Assembly (NCBI GenBank): GCA_047601445.1
Contig: JASGJH010000001.1
Span: forward strand, 5,408,001 to 5,472,000
Origin: Myxococcales bacterium
GTDB taxonomy: Bacteria; Myxococcota_A; Polyangia; Polyangiales; DASUME01
Length of the DNA: 64,000 nt
Direction: 5' to 3'
Of this stretch, positions 1-10,089 are shown piece after piece; the first letter of the stretch is position 1, and each line of letters starts with the position of its first letter. The notes under the pieces were generated by a model. It was not told where the DNA came from, searched no databases, and saw only the letters and a list, made by a program, of their open reading frames with translations. The position numbers and the translations under genes are program-made.

Positions 1-105
1 GGTCCAGGAGCCGGCTTTGTCCTCGGCGTGGGCCACGCCGGAAAGGCTCATGCTCACGCTGCAAGCGAGCAGCGCAGCCTTGAGCGAGCGGAACGTCGAA
101 CGCAT
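1..105 (-). CDS. N-terminal fragment of a secreted protein (runs off the window start)
   Basis: Read manually, not in the ORF track. ATG at 105-103 follows a purine-rich AGGGAGAGAAG and gives MRSTFRSLKAALLACSVSMSLSGVAHA|EDKAGSWT, a Sec signal peptide with an AHA cleavage site. Confidence 0.75.
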   Translation of the reverse strand, partial: MRSTFRSLKAALLACSVSMSLSGVAHAEDKAGSWT

Positions 106-340
106 ATGTCTTCTCTCCCTGCTCCACCGGAGCACTTCGCCGTGGTGTGCGGCTTCAGGCGGGAGACTGGTCGAGCGAGATTTCTGAAATGTTTCTCATT
201 CGCAAAAAGGAAACTTTGACTGTTTTTCAGCGAAAAGAAGTCATCCCAAAGCGGGAAATCCAGACCTGAACATTCGGTGGAGAGCAGGGGTATTGAGACA
301 GGCTTTGCGGGCCCGTGAGAGGTCCGCTATCTAGGGCCGC

Positions 341-1444
341 ATGGGACTTTCCGTCGGCATCGTGGGCCTGCCCAATGTGGGAAAATCGACTCTATTCAAT
401 GCTCTTTCTTCGAAGCAGGCCGAGGCCGCTAACTACGCCTTCTGTACCATCGAACCCAACGTCGGCGTGGTGCCGGTTCCGGACGCCCGCTTCGACGCGC
501 TGTGCCAGGTGATCGAGCCCGAAAGCTCCGTCCCAGCCACGGTCGATTTCGTGGATATCGCGGGTCTCGTGCGCGGCGCCAGCAAGGGCGAGGGCAAAGG
601 AAATGCGTTTCTAAGTAACATCCGTGAGTGCGATGCCATCGCCCACGTGGTCCGATGTTTCGAAGATGAAAACGTGCTCCATGTGGACAATCGAGTGGAC
701 CCGGCGGCGGACGTCGCGACCATTCACACGGAGCTCATCCTCAAAGATCTGGAGACCGTCCAGAAGCGCCTGGAGCGCGCCCGCCGCGCCGCCAAGGGCA
801 ACGACGCCCTGGAGAAGACCGCCGTGGGCCTGTGCGAGCGCCTCGAGAAGCTGCTCGACGCCGGTAAGCTAGCCAACGCTCTGACGCCCGAGAACGAGGA
901 CGAGGCCAAGGTCTTCCACGACCTCAGTCTGATCACGCAAAAGCCCCTGTTCTACGTGTGCAACGTGAAGGAAGACCAGCTCGCAGCGGGCCTCGAGGAC
1001 CCGCTGGTGAAGCGCGTCCGCGCCATCGCCGAGCACGAGGGCGCCGAGGTGGTGGTCATCTGCGCGGCCATCGAAGCCGAGATCATGCAGCTCCCCAAGG
1101 AAGACCGCGGGGACTTCCTGGCCTCGGTCGGCCTGACCGAACCTGGTCTGAACACGGTGATCCAAACGGGCTACAAGATGCTCGACCTGATCACTTACTT
1201 CACTGCCGGCAAGAAGGAGGTCCGTTGCTGGACCATCAAGCGCGGCACCAAGGCCCCGCAGGCCGCCGGTAAGATCCACTCGGACTTCGAGCGCGGCTTC
1301 ATCCGCGCCGAGGTCACCTGGTGGGAAGACCGCGTGAACCTCAAGACGGAAGCCGCCTGCCGTAGCGCCGCCAAGACCTCCACCGAAGGCAAGGAGTACG
1401 TGGTGCGCGACGGGGACGTGATCTTCTTCCGCTTCAATGTCTGA
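341..1444 (+). CDS. ychF: Redox-regulated Obg-like ATPase YchF
   Basis: GIVGLPNVGKSTLFNAL, DIAGLVRGASKGEGKGNAFL, AAGKIHSDFERGFIRAEV and C-terminal EGKEYVVRDGDVIFFRFNV; 367 aa. Confidence 0.98.
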   Translation: MGLSVGIVGLPNVGKSTLFNALSSKQAEAANYAFCTIEPNVGVVPVPDARFDALCQVIEPESSVPATVDFVDIAGLVRGASKGEGKGNAFLSNIRECDAIAHVVRCFEDENVLHVDNRVDPAADVATIHTELILKDLETVQKRLERARRAAKGNDALEKTAVGLCERLEKLLDAGKLANALTPENEDEAKVFHDLSLITQKPLFYVCNVKEDQLAAGLEDPLVKRVRAIAEHEGAEVVVICAAIEAEIMQLPKEDRGDFLASVGLTEPGLNTVIQTGYKMLDLITYFTAGKKEVRCWTIKRGTKAPQAAGKIHSDFERGFIRAEVTWWEDRVNLKTEAACRSAAKTSTEGKEYVVRDGDVIFFRFNV

Positions 1445-2600
1445 GCCGCGCCACCCGAGGGGACCGCACGGGGAGGAACAAGCCCCGAGCTTCTTCGCGA
1501 CCGCTGCCAAGGGCACCGAGGGCGCCCTGCGCGACGAGCTGCGCGAGCTGCGGGTGCCCCGGGTGCGCGCCGACCGCGGGGGTGTCCACTTCGGGGGCGA
1601 GCTCCAGGACGCCATGCGGGTGTGCTTCGAGAGCCGCATCGCGCTGCGCGTGCTGTGGCGCCGCGGGTCCTTCGAGGCCCACAGCGCCGAGGCCCTGTAC
1701 GAGGGCGTGCGCGCCATCGACCTGGGGGACGTGCTCGATCCCGACAAGAGCCTGAGCGTGGTGGCCACCGTGAAGCACGGCGCGCTCACGCATTCGGGTT
1801 TCGTGGCGCAAAAGACCAAGGACGCGTTGGTGGACTCGCAGCGTGTGCGCTTCGGCGCACGCTCCAACGTGGAGCGCGATGATCCGGACGTGCGCGTGGT
1901 GGTGCACATCGCCAAAGACCAAGCCGACCTCTTCGTGGACTTGGCGGGAGAATCATTGCACCGGCGTGGCTACCGTTCCGAGGCGCGCGAGGCGCCCATC
2001 AAGGAGACCTTGGCGGCGGCCATGCTGAGGCTCGCTGGATGGGACCGAAAGCGACCGCTGGTGGACCCCATGTGCGGCTCCGGGACCATCGCCATCGAGG
2101 CCGCGATGTGGGCGCGGGACATGGCGCCGGGCTTGTTGAAGCGACCCTACGGATTTCAGCGCTGGGTGCTGTTCCAGGAGCCGCGCTACAAGGACGCGCT
2201 GATCGCGATTCGCGAGCAGGCGAAGGCGCGCGTGCTGCCCGCGCAAGCGGCGCCGTCGATCATGGCCCTCGATTGCGACGGCCTGGCCGTGAACCTGGCG
2301 CGTAAGCTCGCGGGCAAGGCGGGCGTCGGGGTCCACGTGGAGCGCCTCGACGTGGTGGACTTCATGGGTACCGATCCGGCGGGCCACGTGATCACCAATC
2401 CGCCCTACGGCGTGCGCATCTCGCGCGGCGAGGACTTCGAGACCCGCCTCGCGCGGGCCTTCAAGGGGCTCAAAGGTCACCGTATCTCCGCCATCTGCCA
2501 CGATCGCAAGCTCGCCCAGGCGATGCACAAGGCGCCCGTGCAGGAGCACGCGCTGTGGAACGGCGACCTCGAGTGCAGGCTCTACAGCTGGGACTTGTGA
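1437..2600 (+). CDS. THUMP-domain class I SAM-dependent RNA methyltransferase (RlmL/YpsC-like)
   Basis: DLAGESLHRRGYR, APIKETLAAAML, DPMCGSGTIAIEAA and TNPPYG motifs; start overlaps the ychF stop. Confidence 0.92.
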   Translation: MSEPRHPRGPHGEEQAPSFFATAAKGTEGALRDELRELRVPRVRADRGGVHFGGELQDAMRVCFESRIALRVLWRRGSFEAHSAEALYEGVRAIDLGDVLDPDKSLSVVATVKHGALTHSGFVAQKTKDALVDSQRVRFGARSNVERDDPDVRVVVHIAKDQADLFVDLAGESLHRRGYRSEAREAPIKETLAAAMLRLAGWDRKRPLVDPMCGSGTIAIEAAMWARDMAPGLLKRPYGFQRWVLFQEPRYKDALIAIREQAKARVLPAQAAPSIMALDCDGLAVNLARKLAGKAGVGVHVERLDVVDFMGTDPAGHVITNPPYGVRISRGEDFETRLARAFKGLKGHRISAICHDRKLAQAMHKAPVQEHALWNGDLECRLYSWDL

Positions 2601-2685
2601 TTCTCGGCGGGGGTGCTGTTGGCGCCCCTCTCGGTCACCGCTGAGGTTGGGCAAGCTGGGCTGTGCTCACCATCCACGGCCGTGC

Positions 2686-3393
2686 TCAGAGCGGCTTCAG
2701 GGTGGCTACCAGAGGCAGGTGATCGGAGGCCACACGGGCCTCGCCTTCAGTGTGGCAGTGCACGTGAGCCAGCATGGGCTTCGGATGCACCCACACGCGG
2801 TCCAGCGCCAGCAGGGGCAAGAACGACGGATAGGTGGCGTGGGAGGCGCTGCGCCCGAAGCGCTCGTGGAGCCAGCGCAGGGGCCGGCCCATCAAAAACC
2901 ACTCGTTGAAATCACCGAGTAGCACGGTGGTGGCGTCCTCGTCGTGGGCCACGTGGGCCAACAGGCGCTTGACCTGATAGCGCCGCTCCGCCGGCCGCAA
3001 TCCCAGGTGCGTCGCGATGACCCTCAGTCGCTTGCCCCGGACATCGAGGTCCACGTCGAGCGCGGTACGCGGCTCGTAGGAGCCAACATGGAGGTCGAGG
3101 GTCTCAACGCGCAGCACGGGCAAGGTGGTGAGCAAAGCGTTGCCGAAGTGGTCGTTGCCGACGCGCGCGATGGGCGCGCAAATCGCGTGAAAGCCCGAGA
3201 GCTCCGCCAGAATATCCACGGGTTCGGGTTGGCCCGCGTCCGTGGGGTGGAAGATGACCTCTTGCAGGGCGATCACCTCGGCGCGCAGGGCCTTGAGCAC
3301 GCGCGCAATGCGAGGCACGTCGTGTCGACCATCGGTGCCGACGCAGCCATGCACGTTGTAGGAGGCCAACGTCACGCCCATGGCGCTAAGCAA
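2686..3393 (-). CDS. Endonuclease/exonuclease/phosphatase family protein
   Basis: ASYNVH, VIALQEV, ATHLGL, LLGDFNEW, LDRVW and ASDHLPL motifs. Start may be the second Met (MGVTLAS). Overlaps the upstream PLD gene. Confidence 0.92.
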   Translation of the reverse strand: MLSAMGVTLASYNVHGCVGTDGRHDVPRIARVLKALRAEVIALQEVIFHPTDAGQPEPVDILAELSGFHAICAPIARVGNDHFGNALLTTLPVLRVETLDLHVGSYEPRTALDVDLDVRGKRLRVIATHLGLRPAERRYQVKRLLAHVAHDEDATTVLLGDFNEWFLMGRPLRWLHERFGRSASHATYPSFLPLLALDRVWVHPKPMLAHVHCHTEGEARVASDHLPLVATLKPL

Positions 3394-5545
3394 ACCTGCG
3401 CTCCATGCGGCGCGAGACGCGCGGCGGGGGACGATCCGACAGCACGCGACCGAGGAACCAAAGGCTCAGAGACCAGGCCACCACGCACAACACGAGGTAG
3501 AAGCCATGCCGTGGGCTCGGCTCCCGCAACAGGGACTCGAGCTGCTCGGCGCACAGGGCAGTGCCGAGCACACCCGGCAAGAGTCCCACCAAATTGCCTA
3601 CAAAAAATGGCCCAAATGGCACGTACAAGGCCCCGGCCAGGAGGTTGATCGCCGTGAAGTTCCCGAGCGGGAACAGGCGAGCCGAGGTGGTCGCTCGAAA
3701 GCCCCGTCGCCGCAGGTCCGCGCGCAGCTTGCTCATGCGCGGCCCGCGCAGGTAGTCGAGTGGGGCACGGCCCAGGGCACGCCCGAGCCCGTAGAACACG
3801 CTGGCACTGACGAGCGCACCGAGCAGTGCGTAGGCCGAACCTCGCAGCGGACCGAAGCCGAGCACACTCAAGGTCACCAACAAGGTCACCGGACACAAGC
3901 CAAAGCCCAGCACCACGAAGGCCACCATCACGTAGAGCCCGGGAGCCGCACTGAAGCGCACCGCATCCACCAGATCGACCGTGCGCTCGAAGACTTCGAA
4001 GGAGCGCAAGAGCCGCGTGTGCCAGGCGATGGCAAGCACGATCAGCGGCCCGAGCAAGATGCTCAATCCCGCCAGCGAGCGCGGCACCGGCCGCTGCAGC
4101 TCCACCGGCAAGAGCCCGTTGATGAATGCGTCGGCGGCCATCGGGCGCTCCGGATCCACCACGAGTTGCTCGAGCGGAGCCAGGTTGAGCGGCGCCGAGC
4201 TCTCCACCGGCAGGGGCAGCAGGCAGCGCAGCCCACGCCCTTCACTACGGCGTGCTCGCAGGAGCGCCGCCAACGACCCACCGTGACCCGCCTCGGCGCG
4301 CGCCACTTCGTCCGCTGTCATGCCGAGATGCTCCGCTAGCAAGCGGCGACGCATGTGGGCAATGCCTTGGCGCACGCGCGCGCCGGCGGCCCCCGCAGGC
4401 GCCTCGATGGCGAGATCGCACTCGGTGTCGAGTCCGAGCGAACGATTGCTGAGGTTCGACGAGCCCACCTTGAGCAAGCGGTCGTCCACGATGAGCAGCT
4501 TGGAGTGGACGTTGACGCTCTGCTCTCCCAGCCCCTGTTGCTCGGGGTACACGGTGTGCAGACGGCCATGAACGTCGGCCTCGCTCAGCTTGCGCAGCAC
4601 TCGCTCCCGCAAGACGCCCATGGAGCTCTGCTCCAGCCAGCCGCACTCGACCTTGGGCAACACCACGATGAGCTCCGGACAGCCCGGTTCGCTCAAGCGT
4701 TGGCACAGCAGCTCGGCCACCGCCGCTGCCGTGAGGTACTGATTCTCGATGTACACGAGATGCTCGGCGCTCTTGAGCGACTCCAGCGTAAGCTGCTCGA
4801 CTTCCCGCACGTCCCGGTGATGCTCCGCATCGGAAGGCTCCGTGCGCACGATCGCCACCTCCACGTCGAGCAGGTCGGGCTGCACCTGCGGGAGCCAGCG
4901 CATCCCGCGCGCCCTCGGCTTGGGCAAGGGCTGTCCAGTGGCGCGTTGCCAGCGCCGACGTACGAGCTCTCCTAGTCCCTCGGCCGCGGCGCCGCTCACG
5001 GCGAGCTGCACGTCGTGCATCGGTGCGTAGGGCGCGCCGCTCGGGTCCTTGCGGTTGGGGTCGGCCGGAGCGTGGAGCGTGGTGTCCCAGCGGCGGATCG
5101 TGAGGTCGATCCCTCCGCAGAAGGCCAGACCATCGTCGATTACGACCATCTTCTGATGGTGGGCGGCGCCCAGCTGATGACGCCCATCGAGCGCGTAGGA
5201 GAGCCGGGGGTGGGCCATGGAGCCGAACTTGTAGGAGGGCAGGAGCTCGCGCTCGAGCGCATAGATCACCGAGAAATCCCAGGCCAACACGAAAATGCGT
5301 AGCTTGGGGCGTTCATCCAACACCTGATTCAGGAACTCGAGCAGCGTGCCCGGCAGACCATCCGCTGGATTCGGATCGAGCACGGTACGCGTGTCCACGT
5401 CCCAGCCGACGATGTAGACCGTGTGCTCGGCTTGCAGGATGGCGGCGCGCAGGGCGCTGAAATAGGCCGCTGCGTCGACCAACAACGCGACGCGATCCGC
5501 GTGCAGGCAGGCAGAGCAAGTACGGCCTGGCACCAGGACGCTCAC
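3386..5545 (-). CDS. Phospholipase D (two HKD motifs) fused to a C-terminal VTT/DedA membrane domain
   Basis: HHQKMVVIDD and VHSKLLIVDD...GSSNLSNRS motifs; C-terminal hydrophobic helices with RLFPLGNF. Confidence 0.9.
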   Translation of the reverse strand: MSVLVPGRTCSACLHADRVALLVDAAAYFSALRAAILQAEHTVYIVGWDVDTRTVLDPNPADGLPGTLLEFLNQVLDERPKLRIFVLAWDFSVIYALERELLPSYKFGSMAHPRLSYALDGRHQLGAAHHQKMVVIDDGLAFCGGIDLTIRRWDTTLHAPADPNRKDPSGAPYAPMHDVQLAVSGAAAEGLGELVRRRWQRATGQPLPKPRARGMRWLPQVQPDLLDVEVAIVRTEPSDAEHHRDVREVEQLTLESLKSAEHLVYIENQYLTAAAVAELLCQRLSEPGCPELIVVLPKVECGWLEQSSMGVLRERVLRKLSEADVHGRLHTVYPEQQGLGEQSVNVHSKLLIVDDRLLKVGSSNLSNRSLGLDTECDLAIEAPAGAAGARVRQGIAHMRRRLLAEHLGMTADEVARAEAGHGGSLAALLRARRSEGRGLRCLLPLPVESSAPLNLAPLEQLVVDPERPMAADAFINGLLPVELQRPVPRSLAGLSILLGPLIVLAIAWHTRLLRSFEVFERTVDLVDAVRFSAAPGLYVMVAFVVLGFGLCPVTLLVTLSVLGFGPLRGSAYALLGALVSASVFYGLGRALGRAPLDYLRGPRMSKLRADLRRRGFRATTSARLFPLGNFTAINLLAGALYVPFGPFFVGNLVGLLPGVLGTALCAEQLESLLREPSPRHGFYLVLCVVAWSLSLWFLGRVLSDRPPPRVSRRMERRFA

Positions 5546-6086
5546 ATTCCACTCTAGCAGTGCACGGTCAGAAACAAGGACGGAGTGCGTGCGCAGTAGT
5601 GTTGGAGGGGCCTTGGCTCAGACGAATGCGTCTCTACCGAGACGCGTCGGTTTGTGAGAAAAAGCCTATTTTTCAGCTCGATCTCGGCGTGTCTTGAGTC
5701 ACACTCCCGCTCACTTCGCGACCCCCGTCGCGAGTCGAGCGGCAGCACTGTTTGCTCGCGGGGCGGACTCGCCCGCTTCGACCTCACCATCCCCTTGTGT
5801 GGCATCCCCGTCAGGGACGCATAGGGGTGTGGACAAGGTGTATTGCTTGTGGAGAACTCGCGCGCGGCACGTCGCGTACTCGCGTGCAGACGCTGGAAAG
5901 CTCTCCGCAAAGGCGCTTTCCACGCATGTGCCGCGCGACGCGTGGCCAACTGGGTGCAAAGGCGCTGCTGCCGATCGCTCGAGCACGGAGCAAGCGTGCG
6001 CGAGGTGCCACGGGAGTGCGCCATGAAGTACTGCCGTCGTGGGGCAGATTCGCTGAAAGGTCGCGCCGTGCGCCCGGGGAATGTCC

Positions 6087-7940
6087 CTAGGGCGTCGCGG
6101 TGTCGGCGGACTCGGGCTGCTTCTCGAGCACGTCGATCAGATCCTCGAGCGGCTTCCGCAGGCACGCCAGGCAGTCCTCACGATGCTTCTTGCCGCAGCC
6201 GTTGCGGGGCTTCTGGGACATGCGCACCAGGAGCGGCAGCGCACGGGCGTCGCCGATTTCCGCGAGCTGCGTGATTTCGTCGCGCTTCTGTGGGCAGGTC
6301 TTGGCCAGCTGCAGGTAGGCCATGCGCCGCACGTACTGAGGGATCTCTTCGATCGGGAGGTGTCCCAGCATGGCGTTGGCAGCGTTCACGCGGTCATCGC
6401 GCTCTTCGGCCGCAACCAGGCGCTCGAAGTCGGGCTCGAGCGCAGCCGGAAGGCCCGTCTTGGTGGGCCCCGACGGTTCGCTCTCGTGATCGGCGTCGGC
6501 GGGCTTGGGCGGCGGTAGGTTGAGCTGCTGAGCCACCACCTGGGCGACCTCGGCGACCTGCCCCTGCGGGCGCACCTCGATTTGCCCCGTGGCCACGAGG
6601 AACACGGCGGCTCCCAAGATGGTGGTGAGCAGAAGAGTAATCAGCCAGGCAACCCACGAGCCGCGCTTCTTCTTGGGCGGCAGCGAGGAGAGAGCTGGCT
6701 TCTGCTCCTCCGGCAGGGCGGCCATCAGCATGGCCCCGGTGCCACCAGCAGGCGGCGGCACGGTGGCCGCGAAGGCATCGGTGGGCGCCTGCGGCAGTGG
6801 AGCGGCCGTGCTCACGCTCGAGCGCGTCGCCGGCACGACCGGCGGCGGGAAGAGGTTCGGCTGCGTGTTCGGCTGCGTGTTCTGGTTGGCCGGCGGCATG
6901 TTCACGGTGCCCGTGGTGGGCGTCCGTGTGTCGCGCAGCCCGGGCCCCACGCGGCGCGAGCCAGTACGCCAGCGGGGCTGCTCCGAGACGTCGAGCTGAG
7001 CGATCGCCCGCAGCTGTTCACGCACCAGAGTGGCGTCGTTGGGACGATTGTCGGCGCGCCGCGCGAGCAGGCTCGCCACCAAATCTTCGAGCAAGTCAGG
7101 CATGCCCGCGTCGCCCGAGACGACCTTGAGCCGCGGCGGCACCTGCGAGAGCTGGCGCTCCACCAAGGACTGCAGGTCGTGGGCGCCCGCCCAGAGCTGC
7201 GTCCCCGCCATGCATTCCCAGAGGATGACGCCGAGGGCGTAGAGATCGGCGCGGTGGTCCGCGGGATTGCCGATGGCCTGCTCGGGGGCCATGTAGCCGG
7301 GGGTCCCGATCACGATGCCGAGCTGGGTGACCTGGGCCTCGTTGCGCATGGAGGGTGGGGCCAGGCTCTCGCGATCGAACTTGGCCACGCCGAAGTCGAG
7401 CACCTTTACGAGCTCGCCACCGTCGTCCAGGAATTGGAGCAGCACGTTATCGGGCTTCAGGTCGCGGTGGACGATGCCGTAGCCATGGGCGGCACAAAGG
7501 GCGTCGGCCAGCTGCGCACCGAGGTCAGCGGCGCGTGCCCAGTGCAGCTTGCCCTCCGCCTGCAGCACCTTGGTCAGGCTCGGGCCGCGCACCAACTGCA
7601 CGGCGAGGAACGCCGTGCCGTCCGGCAACGTGCCGAAGTCGAGTGCAGAGACGACGTTGGGATGGTCGATGCGGGAGGTGGCCATCGCCTCGCGCGCGAA
7701 GCGGGCCGCGAGCTCGGCGTTCCCGGCGTGCTCCGGGTGCACGACCTTGAGCGCCACCTGCTTGTGCATCATCAGATGCTCGGCGATGTAGACCGCGCCC
7801 ATGCCGCCTTCGCCGAGGAGCTCGAGGACGCGATACCGATCGGCAATGACCTGTCCCAGCCATCGGTGATGTCGGTGCGGAGTGCTCATGCGGGTCGCGG
7901 TGCTCCCTTGGAGCACATGCCTTTCGCTTGACCTCGCCAC
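6087..7940 (-). CDS. Membrane Ser/Thr protein kinase with C-terminal Cys-containing helical domain
   Basis: LGEGGMGAVY, VALK, HRDLKPDN, DFG, GTPGYMAPEQ, then a Pro/Thr linker and one TM segment (WVAWLITLLLTTILGAAVFLVA). Start uncertain. Confidence 0.93.
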   Translation of the reverse strand: MARSSERHVLQGSTATRMSTPHRHHRWLGQVIADRYRVLELLGEGGMGAVYIAEHLMMHKQVALKVVHPEHAGNAELAARFAREAMATSRIDHPNVVSALDFGTLPDGTAFLAVQLVRGPSLTKVLQAEGKLHWARAADLGAQLADALCAAHGYGIVHRDLKPDNVLLQFLDDGGELVKVLDFGVAKFDRESLAPPSMRNEAQVTQLGIVIGTPGYMAPEQAIGNPADHRADLYALGVILWECMAGTQLWAGAHDLQSLVERQLSQVPPRLKVVSGDAGMPDLLEDLVASLLARRADNRPNDATLVREQLRAIAQLDVSEQPRWRTGSRRVGPGLRDTRTPTTGTVNMPPANQNTQPNTQPNLFPPPVVPATRSSVSTAAPLPQAPTDAFAATVPPPAGGTGAMLMAALPEEQKPALSSLPPKKKRGSWVAWLITLLLTTILGAAVFLVATGQIEVRPQGQVAEVAQVVAQQLNLPPPKPADADHESEPSGPTKTGLPAALEPDFERLVAAEERDDRVNAANAMLGHLPIEEIPQYVRRMAYLQLAKTCPQKRDEITQLAEIGDARALPLLVRMSQKPRNGCGKKHREDCLACLRKPLEDLIDVLEKQPESADTATP

Positions 7941-8075
7941 ACCCTTCCCATGATTCCTAACCCTAGGTAGCCCGGCTCCGTCTTGTCAACGGAAGCGCAG
8001 GGTGGTTGTGCGATCTCCAGCCCAAGCGGAGTGATTTCCAAGGTTTGACCCACTTGATTGGGGGTGCGCGAAGAC

Positions 8076-8999
8076 CTACGTCAGCCCCGCGACGATGCGC
8101 TCCGAGACCTCCCAAAGGCGGGCCGCCAAGGCAGGGTCCCGCGAAGCTCGGGTGGAGTCTGACACATTGCAGTCAGCGAAATACTCCCCCGAAACGCCGC
8201 TGAGCGACGGATGCGTGGCCACGTAGCACTGGGTGGCGGCCCCCTCGGGGATGGACTTGAGCACGATGGGTCCGGCCAGGTCCATCGTGATGCGCGCCAC
8301 CGCCGGCATGCTGCGCTGGAGTTCGCTACGAATCACCCCTGGGTGCACCGCGTTGGCCGTGCGGCCGGTGCCCGCCCAGCGGCGCGCGAGCTCCTTGGAG
8401 AACAGCAAATTGGCGAGCTTGGACTGACCGTAGGCACGCCAGGGCTGATAGCCACGGCTGCCGGAGAGGTTATCGAACTGAATCCCTTCGGGCTTGGGCG
8501 CCATGGTGTGGGCCGAGCTGCTGAGCATCACCACGCGGGCGCGGCTCGACAGGCAACCGAACAACCCGGTCACCAGCATGAAGTGACCGATGTGGTTGGT
8601 GAAGAACTGGAGCTCGATACCGTGGGCTTGCTCGAGCTTGGGCAGCGCCATGATGCCCGCGTTGCAGATGATGCCGTCGAGCTGCTCGCCGTTCTGGCTC
8701 ACGCTGCGGACACAGGCACGCACCGACTCGGGATCGGAGAGCTCACAGACCAGGGGCACCACCTCGGTCCCGAGCTTGTCCACGACCCGTCGGGCCTTCT
8801 CCAGGCTGCGCGCGGTGGCCAGCACGCGGGCGCCTCGCCGGGCCAGCACGCTCACGGTCTCGAAGCCGAGACCGGATGTGGTGCCGGTGACCAGGAACGT
8901 GCGCCCTTTGAGATCGATACCGTCTGTGACCTGGCTGGCCGTGGAGCCGTAGCCGAAGCCGCTCGGGCCATTGGCCTTCAGTCGTCCGAGAAGAGACAT
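8076..8999 (-). CDS. SDR family oxidoreductase (retinol dehydrogenase/WWOX-like)
   Basis: TGTTSGLG, NAGIM, NHIGHF, YGQSKLAN, VHPG. Confidence 0.93.
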   Translation of the reverse strand: MSLLGRLKANGPSGFGYGSTASQVTDGIDLKGRTFLVTGTTSGLGFETVSVLARRGARVLATARSLEKARRVVDKLGTEVVPLVCELSDPESVRACVRSVSQNGEQLDGIICNAGIMALPKLEQAHGIELQFFTNHIGHFMLVTGLFGCLSSRARVVMLSSSAHTMAPKPEGIQFDNLSGSRGYQPWRAYGQSKLANLLFSKELARRWAGTGRTANAVHPGVIRSELQRSMPAVARITMDLAGPIVLKSIPEGAATQCYVATHPSLSGVSGEYFADCNVSDSTRASRDPALAARLWEVSERIVAGLT

Positions 9000-9011
9000 G
9001 CCGAAGTCATG

Positions 9012-9557
9012 TCACGCTTTCTTCTCCGACGCTTGTCGTGCGCGATCCATGCCCTCGATGATCAGGCGCTTGGCCTCGGCGGCGTCTCCCCAGCCCGCGA
9101 CCTTGACCCACTTGTTGCTCTCGAGATCCTTGTAATGCTCGAAGAAGTGCTCGATTTGTCGCAGCGTGATCTCGGGCAGATCGGTGTAGTTCTCGACCTT
9201 CTCGTAGCGACGCGTGAGGCGCGGCACCGGCACGGCGATGATCTTCTCGTCGCCTCCGGCCTCGTCTTGCATCTTGAGCACGCCCACGGGGCGCACCGCG
9301 ATGACGGCGCCAGGGATGATGCCGCGCTGGTTGGCGATCAAGACGTCGCAGGGATCGCCGTCGTCCGAGAGCGTGTGCGGGATGAAGCCATAGTTGCCGG
9401 GATAGCGCATGGCCGTGTAGAGGAACCGATCCACGACCAAGGTCCCCGCGGCCTTGTCCATCTCGTACTTGATGGGCTCACCGCCCACCGGAACTTCGAC
9501 CACCACGTTCACTTCATCGGGCGGGTTTCGGCCGATGGAAATCGCATCGAGACGCAC
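9012..9557 (-). CDS. ppa: Soluble inorganic pyrophosphatase (family I)
   Basis: [58 protein letters not shown] start after AGGAG. Confidence 0.97.
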   Translation of the reverse strand: MRLDAISIGRNPPDEVNVVVEVPVGGEPIKYEMDKAAGTLVVDRFLYTAMRYPGNYGFIPHTLSDDGDPCDVLIANQRGIIPGAVIAVRPVGVLKMQDEAGGDEKIIAVPVPRLTRRYEKVENYTDLPEITLRQIEHFFEHYKDLESNKWVKVAGWGDAAEAKRLIIEGMDRARQASEKKA

Positions 9558-10089
9558 TGCAACTGCTCCTGTAAAAAGGCCTTAGGTCGTACCTTTCGAC
9601 GAGCACGGGAGCAAGCTGCGCGCGGTCTTATCGTGATCGTTGTCCACGGGCGCGCTGCTCCGACGCCGGCTCGGACGCACGGTGACGATCGCGTGACGTC
9701 GCACGAGGTCACGCGATCCATGGCTAGCTAGCCCGGGCTCTTCGCCACGCGCGCGGGTCAGTCGTCTTGTCGAGGGCACGCAGCGCGCAGCGGCTCGCCG
9801 GGTGAGCCGCGACGCCAGCTCCGGCTGTGGTGTGCAAGACGGGAGCAGCCCGAGGGGTCCTTGCGGCGTGTTTTGTCGCGCGCCCCGAGCTTGGCAATCA
9901 ACGCTTGGGCACGTTCGCGGGTGTGCGGCTTGCACTCCACGACCGTTGCCGGAAGGTGGGAGGGAGTAGCCGCAAAAGAGGCTACCCGCGAGCCGCCGTC
10001 TCACATCGAAACCAGAACGCGAGTGAGCAGCGACCCGATGCAACGGACATGCAGCCTGGATATGCAAGCCGATACGCAAGGGGGCTCCG

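Noticed and set aside
9558..10089. Small gene or RNA in the ppa-ompA intergenic region
   Set aside because: Candidate ORFs lack an RBS or motifs and no convincing structure was seen; likely divergent promoters.
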